Positions 35,256 to 47,900 of a DNA stretch of 64,000 nucleotides are shown one piece after another; positions within the stretch are counted from its first letter, which is position 1, and the number at the start of each line of letters is the position of its first letter. Source of the stretch: Malacoraja senta. Lineage: Eukaryota. A program made the position numbers and the translations under genes. The DNA is taken from contig JAXLNO010000844.1 of NCBI GenBank assembly GCA_038087875.1, positions 1 through 64,000 of the forward strand, in the 5' to 3' direction. Under the pieces are notes generated by a model. The model was not told the DNA's origin. It saw nothing but the letters and a program-made list of their open reading frames with translations, and ran no database searches.

Positions 35256-35730
35256 CTATATGGAGTTTGTACGTTCTCCCCTTGACCTGCGTAGGTTTTT
35301 TCCAAGATCTTCGGTTTCCTCCCACACTCCAAAGACGTACAGGTTTGTACGTTAATTGGCTTGGTATAAAAGGTAAAATTACCCCTAATGTGTGTAGGGT
35401 AGCGTTAAAATGCGGGGATCGCTGGTCGGTGCAGACACGGTGAACTATAGGGTCTGTTTCCTCACTGTATCTCTAAACTAAACTAAACATAGACAACATC
35501 TGTCATCCAATCACACACTGGGCAATTTACAAAATGCAATTAACCAACCAACTCGCATGCCTTTGAGATATAGGAGGAACGGAGCATTTGGTGGAGATCC
35601 ACTTGTCATCGGGAGAACAAGAAAATGATACACGTTATACCCGAGATCAGGATTGAATCCAAGTTGCTGTAGCAGAGGGGCACCAAATCTGCCAGTTGCC
35701 TCAATGTACTGCCTTTTAAAAAGAAAATTC

Positions 35731-36045
35731 AAAGCCTGTCCCACTGTACGAGGTAATTCAAGAGCTCTCCCGAGTTAAAAAAATTAAACTCATGGTAAGC
35801 ACGTAGAATGTACGTAGCGGGTACGTCGGAGCTCGGGAAGTCTCCTAGCGGCTCGTAACGCTAACGGCAGGTACTCGGGGAAACGCGGTAAGCTCGTGAA
35901 GACTCGTGAAGATTTTTCAACATGTTGAAAAAAGTCCACGAGACCCCAAGTACCTACGAGCAGCTATTACCGTAATTCTACGAGTTCGAATCAGGGGAAA
36001 CTCGGGAGAACTCTTGAATTAGCTCGTACAGTGCGACAGGGCCTT
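35731..36045. mobile_element. Second copy of the same MITE, opposite orientation
   Basis: Near-complete reverse complement of 20730-21045. Confidence 0.75.
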
Positions 36046-36090
36046 TAAGCTGTGTCTGCGTTGTCCATGCACACACTCTCAGGGCAGAAT

Positions 36091-36390
36091 TAGTTTAGTT
36101 TAGTTTAGAGATACAGCTTGGAAACAGGCCTTTCGGCCTACCAAGTTTGCGAAGACCAATGATCCCTTTACATTGGCACTATCCTACACACACTAGGTAC
36201 AAATTACAATTTACAAACCAATTAACCTACAAACCTGTACGTCTTTGGAGTGTGGGAGGAAACTGGAGCACCCAGAGAAAACCCATGCGTTCACCCAACA
36301 TACAAACTCCGTGCAGACCGCACCCATAGTCAGGATCGAACCCTGGTGTCTGGTGCTATAAGGCAGCAACTCTACCGCTGCGCCACCCTG
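36091..36390 (-). mobile_element. HE1-type SINE
   Basis: Tail-to-head match to the family. Confidence 0.8.
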
Positions 36391-37019
36391 CCGCCCCTAA
36401 GTATAGATATAGGGAAAGATACAGCAGCCTGAAAACCGTGACAACCAGATTCAAGAATAGCCTCTTCTCAGCAAACATCAGGCTCTTCAACACCACACAA
36501 AACTAACTTCAGCATCTATGATCATCTACGGACTGTCTTTGAATGTAATATGAATTTAGTTTTTTGCACTATTATGATAGTCCAGTATTACAGTTATTAA
36601 TTTATTGTTTTATTGGTTGTTTTATATTATCTCTGTGTTATTGCATTTACATGCAGGTGAAGCTGCAGCAAGTCAGAATTTTGTTGTTCTATTGTTGATA
36701 CATATGACAATTAAACGACTCTTACCTCACATTTGATTTTGGGTAAAGCTCACTCCATATTACCCCCACCATACACTCAGGAAAAGTACAAGGAACAAGT
36801 ACATGTTTAAGAAAGAACTGCAGATGCTGGAAAAATCCAAGGTAGACAACTTGATGTTTGAATTATGTTCTTCAACCAGTTTAGACCAGTTTAGTTTAGA
36901 GATACAGCACGGAAACAGGCCCTTCGGCCCCACCGAGTCTGTGCTGACCAGCGATCCCCGCACACTAACACTATCCTACACACACACAGGGGGACAATTT
37001 ACAATCTTTACCAGAAACC

Positions 37020-37184
37020 NNNNNNNNNNNNNNNNNNNNNNNNNNNNNNNNNNNNNNNNNNNNNNNNNNNNNNNNNNNNNNNNNNNNNNNNNNNNNNNNN
37101 NNNNNNNNNNNNNNNNNNNNNNNNNNNNNNNNNNNNNNNNNNNNNNNNNNNNNNNNNNNNNNNNNNNNNNNNNNNNNNNNNNNN
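37020..37184. other. Assembly gap (165 N)
   Basis: N run. Confidence 1.
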
Positions 37185-37444
37185 TCTCCATCCCACCCTC
37201 AAAACACCAAAAAACAACAAAAACCCACTCCTAAACCGTCCCGTCCCCCCTCCCCTGCCGCCGGAAGCGCCTTTGTGGACAACAAAGATACTCGAGGACA
37301 AAGTGTTGAAGAAGGAACTGCAGATCAAAGATTATATAGCGGATCCTCTAGTATCTTTGCTGCAGATGCTGGAAAATGGAAGGTAACCAAATGCTGGAGA
37401 AACTCAGCGGGTGCAGCAGCATCTATGGAGCGAAGGAAATAGGC

Positions 37445-37472
37445 AACGTTTCGGGCCTAAACCCTTCTTCAG
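37445..37472 (-). ncRNA. Minimal hammerhead motif (GUU variant) in the loop of an inverted repeat
   Basis: Minus strand CTGAAGAAGGGTTTAGGCCCGAAACGTT; stem II GGGT/GCCC keeps pairing through a U-G wobble. Confidence 0.6.
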
Positions 37473-38728
37473 ACTGAAACGTTGCCTATTTCCTCCGCTC
37501 CATAGATGCTGCATTTTTGTTTACCTACTAGAGGAGCGGCTTGGTTGTTATCATAGAAACATAGTCAATAGGGGCAGGAGGAGGCCATTCGGCCCTTTGA
37601 GCCTGCACCGCCATTCATTGTGATCATTGCTGATCGTCCCCAATCAATAACCCGTGCCTGCCTTCTCCTCATATCCCTTGACTCCACTGGCCCACAGAGC
37701 TCTATCTAACTCTCTCTTGAATCCATCCAGTGATTTGGCCTCCACTGCCCTCTGTGGCAGGGAATTCCACAAATTCACAACTCTCTGGGTGAAAACGTTT
37801 GTTCTCACCTCAGTCTTAAATGGCTTCCCCTTTATTCTAAGATGTATGTATTCTAGGATTCATGTATAGCCTTTCCACTGACTGGATAGCCCACACCAAA
37901 AAACCTCTTCACTGTTGGTCCGGCAAAACAGATAATCCAGAAAGGCACTGGAACCAAGGATGCTGGAAAATCAGTAGTGGAGATAACAGATATTGAAGGT
38001 AAATATCCTGTATGCCTTCTTTACCACCTTAAATGTTGCCAATTTCAAGGATCCTCGTACTCCAAAGTCCCCATTCCTCAATACTCCTTAGGAATCCACC
38101 ATTCCCTACGCATTCCCACCGTGAATAGCCCTCACCAAGTACTTCACCTCACACTGGTGAGGAATATATTCTATCTTCCATTGTTCTACCTACGGCATGT
38201 GTGTGCCTTTAAGAAATGTGTTCCGGGCCTCCTCCTTTGCCAGATTGAGGCTGTACATAACATGGAGGAACAACTCACTACCCAGTGATGTAAACATTGG
38301 ATTCTCTGAGTTAAGGTAACTTCTACATATGCTCCCCTTCCTCCTCTCCTCCCCTCCCCCCTCCACTCTCCCACCCCCTTCTTGCACTAAAAGTCAGTTA
38401 ACTAGTTCCACAGTTCACAATATATTCCTCAGATTCACACCATCCCTAGCAGATAATCAGCCTTTCAGTTAGATATAGCTCTAAGAGCTAACAGAATGAA
38501 GGGATATGGGGAGAAAGCAGGAACGGGGTACTGATTCTGGATGATCAGCCATGATCATATTGAATGGCGGTGCTGGCTCAAAGGGCCGTATGGCCTACTC
38601 CTGCACCTATTTTCTATGTTTCTGTACTGTCCTTGCCTGAGGTAATCTGTTGCTGGTCCTGATTTGTCCTGGTCCTTTCTTGCTTCCAATCCACCCCCTC
38701 CCACCCACAATCAGTCCGAAGAAGGGTC

Positions 38729-38915
38729 CATGTTCTCCAGAGATGCTGCCTGACCCGCTGAGTTACTCGAGCACTCTGTGAAATGTCACCTATCCATGTT
38801 CTCCACAGATGCTGCCTGAGCCGCTGAGTTACTCCAGCACTCTGTGAAACGTCACCTATCCATTTTCTCCAGAGATGCTGGCTCACCTGCTGAGTTACTC
38901 CAGCACTTTGTGTCT
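38729..38915 (+). repeat. Tandem triplication (~65 bp) of the Penelope 3' tail
   Basis: Three copies of ttctccagagatgctgcctga...gctgagttactccagcact, joined by ctgtgaaa(c/t)gtcacctatcc. Confidence 0.8.
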
Positions 38916-38934
38916 ATCATTAAGAACCTTTGGT

Positions 38935-39175
38935 GCGACAGACCCTGGTTCGATCCTGACTACGGGTGCTGTCTTTACGGAGTTCGTATGTTCTCCCCGT
39001 GACCGCGTGGGTTTTCTCCGGGTGCTCCGGTTTCCTCCCACATCCCAAAGACATGGAGGTTTGTAGGTTAATTGGCTTCTGTACATTGTCCCTAGTGTGT
39101 AGGATGATCATTGGCTGGAGCGGACTCGGTGGGCCGAAGGACCTGTTTCCACGCTGTATCACTCAACTAAACTAA
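38935..39175 (+). mobile_element. HE1-type SINE. Further partial copies near 5800, 10320, 11420, 17520, 18780, 23560, 36890, 39400, 40672, 41400
   Basis: B box GGTTCGATCC, core and tail. Confidence 0.75.
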
Positions 39176-39847
39176 TTATTTGGTTTTGCAAAGCTTGAAG
39201 ATGTAAGAGAAAATAAGGTGGAGTAATCTCCAAAGTTTAAAAGTTTTAATGTATCTGAGAACCAAGTGAAAATAGAATGTGAACACAGGGAATGTTGATG
39301 TTGGAATCTGTAGCAAAACACAAAGTGCTGGAGTAACTCAGCAGGTCAGGCAGCATCTGTGGAAGGAATGGGCAGGCAAAGTCATTAGAATGGGCATCCA
39401 AAGATGTACAGATTATTGGCTTCTGTAAATTGGCCCTAGTGTGTAGGATACTACTAGTGTACAGGTGATCGCTGGTCGGCATGGACTCGGTGGGCCGAAG
39501 GGCCCGTTTCCACGCTGTATCTCTAAAAGCAAAACTAAAAGGTATGTAGCATGACTTTTGCGACATTTTGCATCAGCATCTTTTGATCATTTCAGTGTTC
39601 ATCAGGATTAAACACTGTTTGACTAGCAGTTTAGAAGCATAATTAGATCACAATATAGGAAGAGTTTACAGACCATACATGAGAAAACCATACATGAGAA
39701 GTTGCACATTCCACGACTAATCATGTTTAAAAGAACGTATTAATCAAAATGCTAAACTGATTTCTGGACTTGTTGTGAATCTCACTTCTCCAATTCATTT
39801 GGATCATTAGACTATTTATGGGAAACATCTGTCTAACCAGAACCAGC

Positions 39848-40225
39848 GACGGCTGGTAGGGTGGAAGGTGAAGACAAGGGGGATTCTGTCCTTGTTACGA
39901 GTAGGGGGATGGGGAGTGAGAGCAGAGCTGCGGGATATAGAGGAGACCCTGGTGAGAGCCTCATCTATAATCGAAGAGGGGAACCCCCGCTCCCTAAAGA
40001 ATGAGGACTTCTCCGATGCCCTGGTCTGGAACACCTCATCCTGGGTGCAGATGCGGTGTAGACGGAGGAATTGGGAGTGGGGGAGGAATGGGTTGAAGGG
40101 AGAATACGAAAACAAAGAACTGCTGATTCTGGACATAAAATGCTGGAGTAACTCAGCAGGTCAGACAGCATCTCTGGATAGAAGGAATGGGTGACGTTTC
40201 GGGTCGAGACCCTTCTTCAGACTGC
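39848..40225 (-). mobile_element. Penelope-like element: 3' end with hammerhead followed by post-RT (thumb) fragment
   Basis: LPHSQFLRLHRICTQDEVF...FRERGFPSSII...RIPLVFTFHPT. Confidence 0.8.
40193..40220 (-). ncRNA. Minimal hammerhead motif, intact copy
   Basis: Minus strand CTGAAGAAGGGTCTCGACCCGAAACGTC, identical to 386-413 and directly 5' of a Penelope coding fragment. Confidence 0.7.
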
Positions 40226-40879
40226 TCCACTGCAGATGCTGGTCTACACAAAATATCTGAGTGGGACAGTATCTCTGGAGAACATGGATAGGCAATGTTT
40301 TGGGTCGGTAATAATGTTAATTGTATCCCTTCATTATAATCTCTTCCCCAGCCAACAATGGGCCATTATGGGCTCCACCCTTCCTTGGTCATCTGTTGCT
40401 GGCCCTGATTTGTTCTATATTGGTCCGTGTGTTTAAGAGAGTTAGATTTAGCTCCTAGGGCTAATGGAATCAAGGGATATGGGGAGAAATCAGGAACAGG
40501 GTACTGATTCTGGATGATCAGCCATGATCATATTAAATGGCGGTGCTGGCTCAAAGGGTCGAATGGCCTACTCCTGCACATATTTTCTATGTTTCTATTC
40601 TATTCTTACCTCCAATTCCCTCCCCTCTATTTTCAGTCTGAAGGAGAGTCCCGACCCGAAACGTCACCCACGTTAGAGCTGCTGCCTTACAGCGCCAGAG
40701 ACCCAGGTTCGATCCACATTATGAGTGCTGTCTGTATGGAGTTTTACGTTCTCCCCGTGACCTTTGTGGGATTTCTCCAGGTGCTCCGGTTTCCTCCCAC
40801 ATGCCAAAGACGCTAGGGTTTTAATTGGCTTCGGTAAAAATTATAAATTACCCCGAATTGGTAAAGCTGCATCAATCTT

Positions 40880-41400
40880 CAGATAAATGCAGCCAATATG
40901 GTCTAGTGGTGGGATATCCAAGATGCTAAAAGTCAAACTCTTCCAGTCCGCAGTCCTCCCTACAGCTCTCTGTGCCACTGACATATGGAAAATCAATGTG
41001 AAGATGAAAAAGAAATTGGATGCATCCCAACAACGCTGCTTGAGGAGGATCCTGAAGACTAGCTACAGAGACCACATCACAAACGAGGAGATCTACCGGG
41101 AAACTGCAACAACGCCTCTCAGCCAGGACATGGAGGGATGCAGGATGAAATCTGCAGGACATGTACTCAGAATGTCAGCAGAACGTGCACCTAAGATAGC
41201 AATGACATGACAAGCTGACGGAAGAAGGAAAAGAGGCCGACCAAAACTCACATGAGGTGAACATTGTGGTAGGATTTGGAAGCCCGGGACGCTAACCTAT
41301 CGAGGGTGGAAGACGTCGCACATAACCGAACAGAATGGCGAAAGCTTGCTGCCCAATGCACTCAACAGTGTGGGAGGAACTAAGTCTAAGTAAGTAAGTG
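40880..41400 (+). mobile_element. RTE-clade LINE 3' fragment
   Basis: KVKLFQSAVLPT...QRCLRRILK.SYRDHITNEEI...GHVLRM...GRRKRGRPK, tail (TAAG)n. Confidence 0.8.
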
Positions 41401-42209
41401 TGTGTAGGATAGCGTTAGTGTGCGGGGATCGCTGATCGGCATGGACTCGGTGGGCTGAAGGGGCCGGTTTCCGTGCTGTATCTCTAAACAAAATAAAAAA
41501 ATTACCCATCGTTTTTCTCCAGATATGTTGCCCGGCCCATTAAGTAACTCCAGCACTTTGTGTCTATCTCGATAATGTTATTGATGGGAGTTACCATAAA
41601 TAGTGCGTGAACAGCTTATTGGGAAATCAGACTTGTGCTTGGATCTGTGATGTTTAAGAGATGGCTGTACTCCCAATACCTAATCCATACCATGGAACCA
41701 AACTCAGAACAAATAAACAACATGCAGAGAGCAGCGGTTAAGGTCAGAGCAGACAAATAACAGCCGCCAAAGCCTAGTGCGTTAAATGTCTCAAAACTTT
41801 ATTTCAAAAAACAAATTGATGCACTGAAATTCATTAATAATAGCTATTTTCTTAAAAACTAATTAAAAACAGGGAATATTCAAAACTATTTACAAAAGTA
41901 TATATACAGAAGGTTTCACTGATACCGCAGGCAATTTGTGTTTAACATCTGTGTCCAATACCGTAGATCCATTTTCTTTTCACATTAGTGCACTCAATGC
42001 TGAGAGAAAGGGCCGAGATTTTGAAACTTTCATGTAGGTGGTGGTTCGGGGCAGTCCGTGTCTGATGAACATATTAGTTACTGGTGTTTCAGCTAAGGTG
42101 GACCGGATGAAGGAAGAGAGGGGAAAAAAAGAGTAGGAACTCCAGATCTTTGTTTGTGAGCTTCTTCGAACACCTGCTCACTGGAGATCATAGGCACATG
42201 GTTACCGAG

Positions 42210-42436
42210 AGGGAGAGAGAGAGAAAGAGATAGAGAGAGAGAAAGAGACAGAGAAAGAGAGACAGAGAGAGAGAGAGAGTGTGACAGTGAGTGAGTGAGT
42301 GTGACAGTGAGAGAGTGAGTGTGAGTGAGTGTGTTAGTGAATGTGAGTGAGTGTGAGTGAGTGAGAGTGAGTGAGCGAGTGTGAGTGAGTGAGTGAGTGT
42401 GAGTAGATGTGAGAGTGTGAGTGAGAGAGTGAGTGT
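42210..42436. repeat. Compound (GA)n/(GAGT)n microsatellite
   Basis: Direct reading. Confidence 0.95.
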
Positions 42437-44339
42437 AGTGGTCGTTTGGCTTAATTTTTTGTGTCATAAATTATGGAATTTGCCTTTAAATGTTGTCTGC
42501 CAGTAATTATGTGGGTGGGATATATTATGTAGTCGGAGGCGTGTTTGCTGCTGGGATTCTTGGAAGAAGCTTATAGGTTTTTATTTAGTTCGGAGTAAGC
42601 ATGGTGGGACAGTATAGCTTTCGACCAATGGTCAGAGCTTTCCAACACCAAAGACGTTTTCTAATGTTTCGGAGCCACATGCTGGAGTTTGACGAAGATT
42701 AAAATGTACTTATCAAGAAGAGGTTTAGATGAATATCTGACTGTTTTACTTTGACAATAAAGAAACTATTAATCAAGAGAGTTTGTTTTGATGATTTATC
42801 TTTCTACGGCTTTGAATGTCTCGTGGAGAGTTCCCATTCGTAAAACGACGCTATCTCCTCACCCCGTGTCTTTTCCTAGTGGCTAGAGGGAGCAAATCCT
42901 TGAACAATATAATAATCTGCCATTATATCGAGTCGAAAGCTACCTTACAGTCAGGAGGTGGTAGAAGAGGGACAGATTGGCCTGGATCTCTGGAGAGAGA
43001 TTACGCCCGAAAATTAGTACCAGAAGAGGAACTGAAGACTGGTTCCTTGGAAGAGGAACTGAAGAAAATAGATCTCGGCCAGCCAGGTTTACTCCTGGAG
43101 CCTTTTCCATGACTGGATATAGCCACAAGGCAGTGGAGGTTTTAAATCAGAGTTTTCCCTCTCCTAGATGGACTGCCTTCCCAGGCTGACGAGCCCCATC
43201 TGCCCGAGACTCGTGGGGACGGGAGCGTCTACCTTCCCGTGCAGGTCTATAGCACCTGCCCACTGCCCAGAATCTTGTGTAGAACAACTATTCTACTATG
43301 TTGAATTCAGAAGCTGGAATGTTTACTTCAGCTTCTGAAGAGTCTGGAGAAATTTAGTTCTGCTAAAGTTTGGAAAGAAGCCAAGAAGCTTGTTCGCTTG
43401 CCAGCCTGGAAAACAGGAAACAAGCCACGCAACAAGGTGCTGGAATGGAAGAGGTGATTACACCACAAGATAATATTTCAAATGTATCTACACAAAGATC
43501 AGGACATAAATCTGGTTCTATAGCCAGTAAAGCATCAAGGGCCTCTGCTCGAATGGAAGTTGAAGTTGATCTAGCTGCACTCTCAATAGAATCAAATACC
43601 TTGGAGAAGAAACATGAGATTGAGCGACAAGAAAAACAGCTGAGAGAAGAGATGAGGCGACAAGAAGAAGAGTAAAGGTAACGAAAAGCACACCTGGAAC
43701 TAGCCACAAAGTTGGCGGTTGCCAAATCGATGATGGAGATAATGAAAAGTGAGGGTTTGTAGATTAACCCTTATTGATCCATGCCATTTATAATCTCCAC
43801 TACACATATGTCCATGCCACCGTTTACATGGTATTACGGTACTACACAGCTTTACATTAGCAAGGTCAGCTTGCTCTCGCTCGCTCTCTCACACAAACCA
43901 CGCTGAGCTGAATGAGAATGGCTGGCAGTTTAAATGTTCCTGTATACTTATGGAATAAAGACTGATCTTTTACCATATGTATTAGTGTGGATTAATCATA
44001 AACATGGTGTCAGAAGTGGGATTGAGCCATGCAACAATTTTAGTTGTTTTTTTACAAGAACCATCGCTCGCTTATTATGGCAGAGTCTTTTCGTAAACCA
44101 GATCCTTTAATGTTCGACAGCGAATTTGCCGAACGTAGGCACATCGTCGAAGTGGAATTTGTAATTTTCATAGATGCTGCCCACCCAGGGACTGCTCCAT
44201 AACTGTCGTAACTGCTGTGGCTCACACCCGAAATTCTGTGAGCAATGCCCCACTTATGACAAAACTTGCCACTACTGTAAAAAGAAAGGCCACTTTATCC
44301 GGTGCTGCCACGCTCGTGGCAACAGGGCCCAGTCACAAC

Positions 44340-47192
44340 CAAAGATTATAGAGCAAGATGCGCCACTCAGCGAAAAACGCGTAGTATGATGTGAGTGATT
44401 GTCGACGCCATTTTATAGGGCATTTTATAGGGCTGCCCGCATACTGTCATGGCGTCCACATCTACAGCTCGGCGTAAATTGCTCTAATCACCGATGTTGA
44501 CAACTCAACCTGTCTTTCTTCAGGTTCCCCAACAACAAAGAAAGGTGAGGAAATATTATTGTTTTCTGTCGACATCATTTTGTCCTGAAAATGTTATTTT
44601 TTGTTCCCCTATCGACACTCATTGGGAAACTAGGGTTGTTGGTACATTAGAAAGATACTAGATTTTTTTTAATAGATCTCAACTTACCACAATAATAAAG
44701 TCAGCAATTTTTGTTCTTCTGTACATTTTTCTTTTGTTTCTGTACGGCAGGAGTCTCCAAAATATGGTCCGTAGGGAGAGGGAGAGAGAGAGAGAAGGGG
44801 CAGAGAGAGATGGGGAGAGAGACACATCAGGCCCATCACAAGATTTTAACCTCAGATTCGAGTCGGGGAGCGCAGCGACCCGGGGCTGCTCTTAGTGTAG
44901 TTACCGATTAGATCCCTCGAATTGTCAGAGCCGAGACATCGCTGGGCCGCCGTGAAGAAGGGTGCAATGGTGCGGTGCGGGGTTCGGCGGCGGTCAAAAT
45001 GGGACGGCTGTGCGTTATAACGTTCCATCGTTCCTCTCTCTCCCCTTCTCTCTCTGCCCCCTCCATCTCTCTCCCTCTCTCCCTGTCTCTCTCTGCCCCT
45101 TCTCTCTCTCTCTCCTCTCCCTGTCTCTCTCTATCTCGGTCTTTGCCCCATCTGCCTTTCTCTCTCTCCCTCCCCTCTCTCTCTGTCTGTCTCTGCCTGA
45201 GAGTTGGTAGTCCTGCTAGTGTCTTAGGTCCAAAAGAAGATAGAAAGAAAATACTTTAAATGGTCTACATTAGAAGTTTTAAATAATCTCTTCTACATTA
45301 GTGGCAAAATGCATCTTCAATATACAGGTCTCTCCCCACAACTGAACAATTGCACTTAAATGATATATCATCCGTTCTGCAGATATGTAGTTATAACTAC
45401 ATTTTTTCCTTCTTAGTTAATCCAATATGAGATTTTCTGTAATTTCAGATGTCGACAGCGGGTCCAGAATACTCGTCGACAAGATCTCCACCACCAAACT
45501 CTGGTGTACTTGTCAACCACCTGCCGTTTTTGTTCTGAACACTGAACTTGACTAGTTTTCCAACAGGCAGACCAATGACAGGCTAAATTGCAATGCAGTT
45601 CCAACGCTATTTGAAATCCCGAACACGCCGAAACGTCTGTTTTCCCAACTCAAGAGGAAGAATGAGAACCTCCCGTTACCCACACAAAATTGTGCAAATG
45701 ACGATTTATTTATTATTGTATATAAGTTGGAAATTTTGTTCTTTGGGGTAAGCAAGGGGTGGGGCTATCATTGTCTGAAATATGTTGAATTTTACATCAC
45801 TTTCAAAACACTGCAACCCCCTGTATATGTCGTGAACAAAATGATGTGAATTATGTAAATATTACCATAAATGACGGAAATAAAAAGTGTTTTCATTGTT
45901 TATAAAGTTCAAGTTAGAGTTATTTGAAATTGTGGAGGTTAGTGCAATATAGGGCTGACCCACAAATGTGTCGTTATGAGACATTCATATTTTAAAAATC
46001 CATGTCTCAAAAAAAAGCAAGAAGTTCCCCATATTATTTGACCTTATCGACTGAATTTAAATATGTAGGTATGTATGCACTACATTGTATGCTAATATAG
46101 AATGAAAGAATGGAAAAATATTTTGACATTGTGTTCATGGATGTAATATNNNNNNNNNNNNNNNNNNNNNNNNNNNNNNNNNNNNNNNNNNNNNNNNNNN
46201 NNNNNNNNNNNNNNNNNNNNNNNNNNNNNNNNNNNNNNNNNNNNNNNNNNNNNNNNNNNNNNNNNNNNNNNNNNNNNNNNNNNNNNNNNNNNNNNNNNNN
46301 NNNNNNNNNNNNNNNNNNNNNNNNNNNNNNNNNNNNNNNNNNNNNNNNNNNNNNNNNNNNNNNNNNNNNNNNNNNNNNNNNNNNNNNNNNNNNNNNNNNN
46401 NNNNNNNNNNNNNNNNNNNNNNNNNNNNNNNNNNNNNNNNNNNNNNNNNNNNGGTTGCTAAAGAAATTAGAGGAAATCTGAAGAAAAACTAGAGAAATAT
46501 GTCAAGTCAAGTCAAGTCACTTTTATTTATATAGCACATTTAAAAAACAACTCTCACACAACGCCACGCGTTAGGCATACGCCGTCAAGATGCCGCGTAC
46601 GATACCAAGACGCTGCGTACGCCCGTCGAGACGCTGGGTACGCCCTCAATGTGCCTGCAGGCCGACAGGCCGTTGTCGCGCGGGATGTTTGGACAGTGCA
46701 AGAATTTTCAAGCGACCACATTTGGTCGCGCTAGACACATGCAATCGCATGCTGGTGGGGACAGGCCCTTAACTTGCCTCTCACACACAGGCACACACAA
46801 ACACACATTCATATAAATATATATATAAGTTAAAATTAATTTTGTGCACAGTGTGTGTTAAAACAATACAAGGGAAGCTGCACAATACAATGCAAGGGAA
46901 ACTAAGCAAAGGTGGCGGCTGGGGAGGAAAGATGGGAGGGAAATGGGGGAACAGGGGGAAAACATTTACAATAAAATTAACTAAAATATGTGAGGTGATA
47001 GATGTGCTACATCAAACACTGTTCCCTACAACACTGATTACACCAAGGATGATAGAGCGAGTGCACAGCGGGAGGCATACCGGAAGTCGCGTTTGACTTA
47101 AACAAATGGCGGCCGTGACGTTACGTTACGTACGACACGTCAGCCCATTGGATTTCGGAGGAGTAGTCTATCTTGCTCCTCTATAATCTTTG
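44340..47192 (+). mobile_element. THAP-domain DNA transposon (P superfamily or THAP-hAT), defective
   Basis: TIRs CAAAGATTATAGA(GGA)GCAAGAT; 8-bp TSD GTCACAAC at 44332-44339 and 47193-47200. Intron-split THAP relic: CS..NCSN...LSFFRFPNNKER|gt...ag|CRQRVQNTRRQDL...FCSEH...AVPTLF (~44450-44545 and 45448-45640). Confidence 0.85.
46150..46452. other. Assembly gap (303 N)
   Basis: N run. Confidence 1.
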
Positions 47193-47529
47193 GTCACAAC
47201 AATCTCTCTATGCGCTCCAGCTCACAATTTGCCATGAGGCACTGACTGAAACAGCCGTTCCAGCAGAACCACGACCTGAGCACCTGCAGGAAGACAGGCA
47301 AATCATACATTCCTGTGTACCCGACTCATCGTCCACAAAGTGAATCCATGACAATGCTCAGTGTCAACAATACCAAAGTTGCTGCAAAGATGTAATGTCA
47401 TGGCTTTATCAGACTTCCAAAGAATTCACAACAACGAAACAGTCATGAAAACAAACTCCAAGTTACATCCATTTATGGGGGGGAGTTGCAACCGGTTGGT
47501 AAGGTCACATTCCAATGCCATCTGCAATC

Positions 47530-47900
47530 TCAGTTTTACAATGTGGATTTCTTTATTGTTGGCTTGGTACGGCAACCTGAGCTTCAAGGAGCTGAAGAGG
47601 CTGCAAAAAGTAGTAAACACTGCCCAGTCCATCATCGGCTCTGACCTCCCCACCATCGAGGGCATCTATCGCAGTCGCTGCCTCAAAAAGGCTGCCAGTA
47701 TCATCAAGGACCCCACACCATCCTGGCCACTCACTCATCTCTCCGCTGCCATCAGGTAGAAGGTACAGGAGCCTGAAATCTGCAACATCCAGGTTCAGGA
47801 ACAGCTACTTCCCCACAGCCATCAGACTATTAAACACAACTTCAAACAGGCTCTGAACTATAACAGCCTATTGCACTTTATCTGTTTATTTATGTGTGAA
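47530..47900 (+). mobile_element. Rex1/Babar LINE 3' fragment inside Gypsy pol
   Basis: AWYGNLS..ELKRLQKVVNTAQSIIGSDLPTIEGIYRSRCLKKAASIIKDP. Confidence 0.8.

Noticed and set aside
36803-37328. ORFs spanning N runs (also 46110-46481)
   Set aside because: Artefacts of assembly gaps.
38729-38915. CRISPR-like repeat array (also 25810-25940 and 60366-61337)
   Set aside because: Eukaryotic DNA, contiguous tandem units with no unique spacers, no cas genes.
42093-42467. His/Thr/Ser-rich ORF; also 33379-33594 and 44962-45259
   Set aside because: Translation of microsatellite or low-complexity sequence.
43370-43675. Coiled-coil ORF (EKKHEIERQEKQLREEMRRQEEE) as a host gene
   Set aside because: Continuous across the Gypsy TSD with BEL/Pao gag; it is the retrotransposon's N-terminal gag region.
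44450-45640. Host THAP gene (e.g. THAP12/THAP9)
   Set aside because: Bounded by TIRs and an 8-bp TSD inside a Gypsy gag and carrying stops; a transposon relic.
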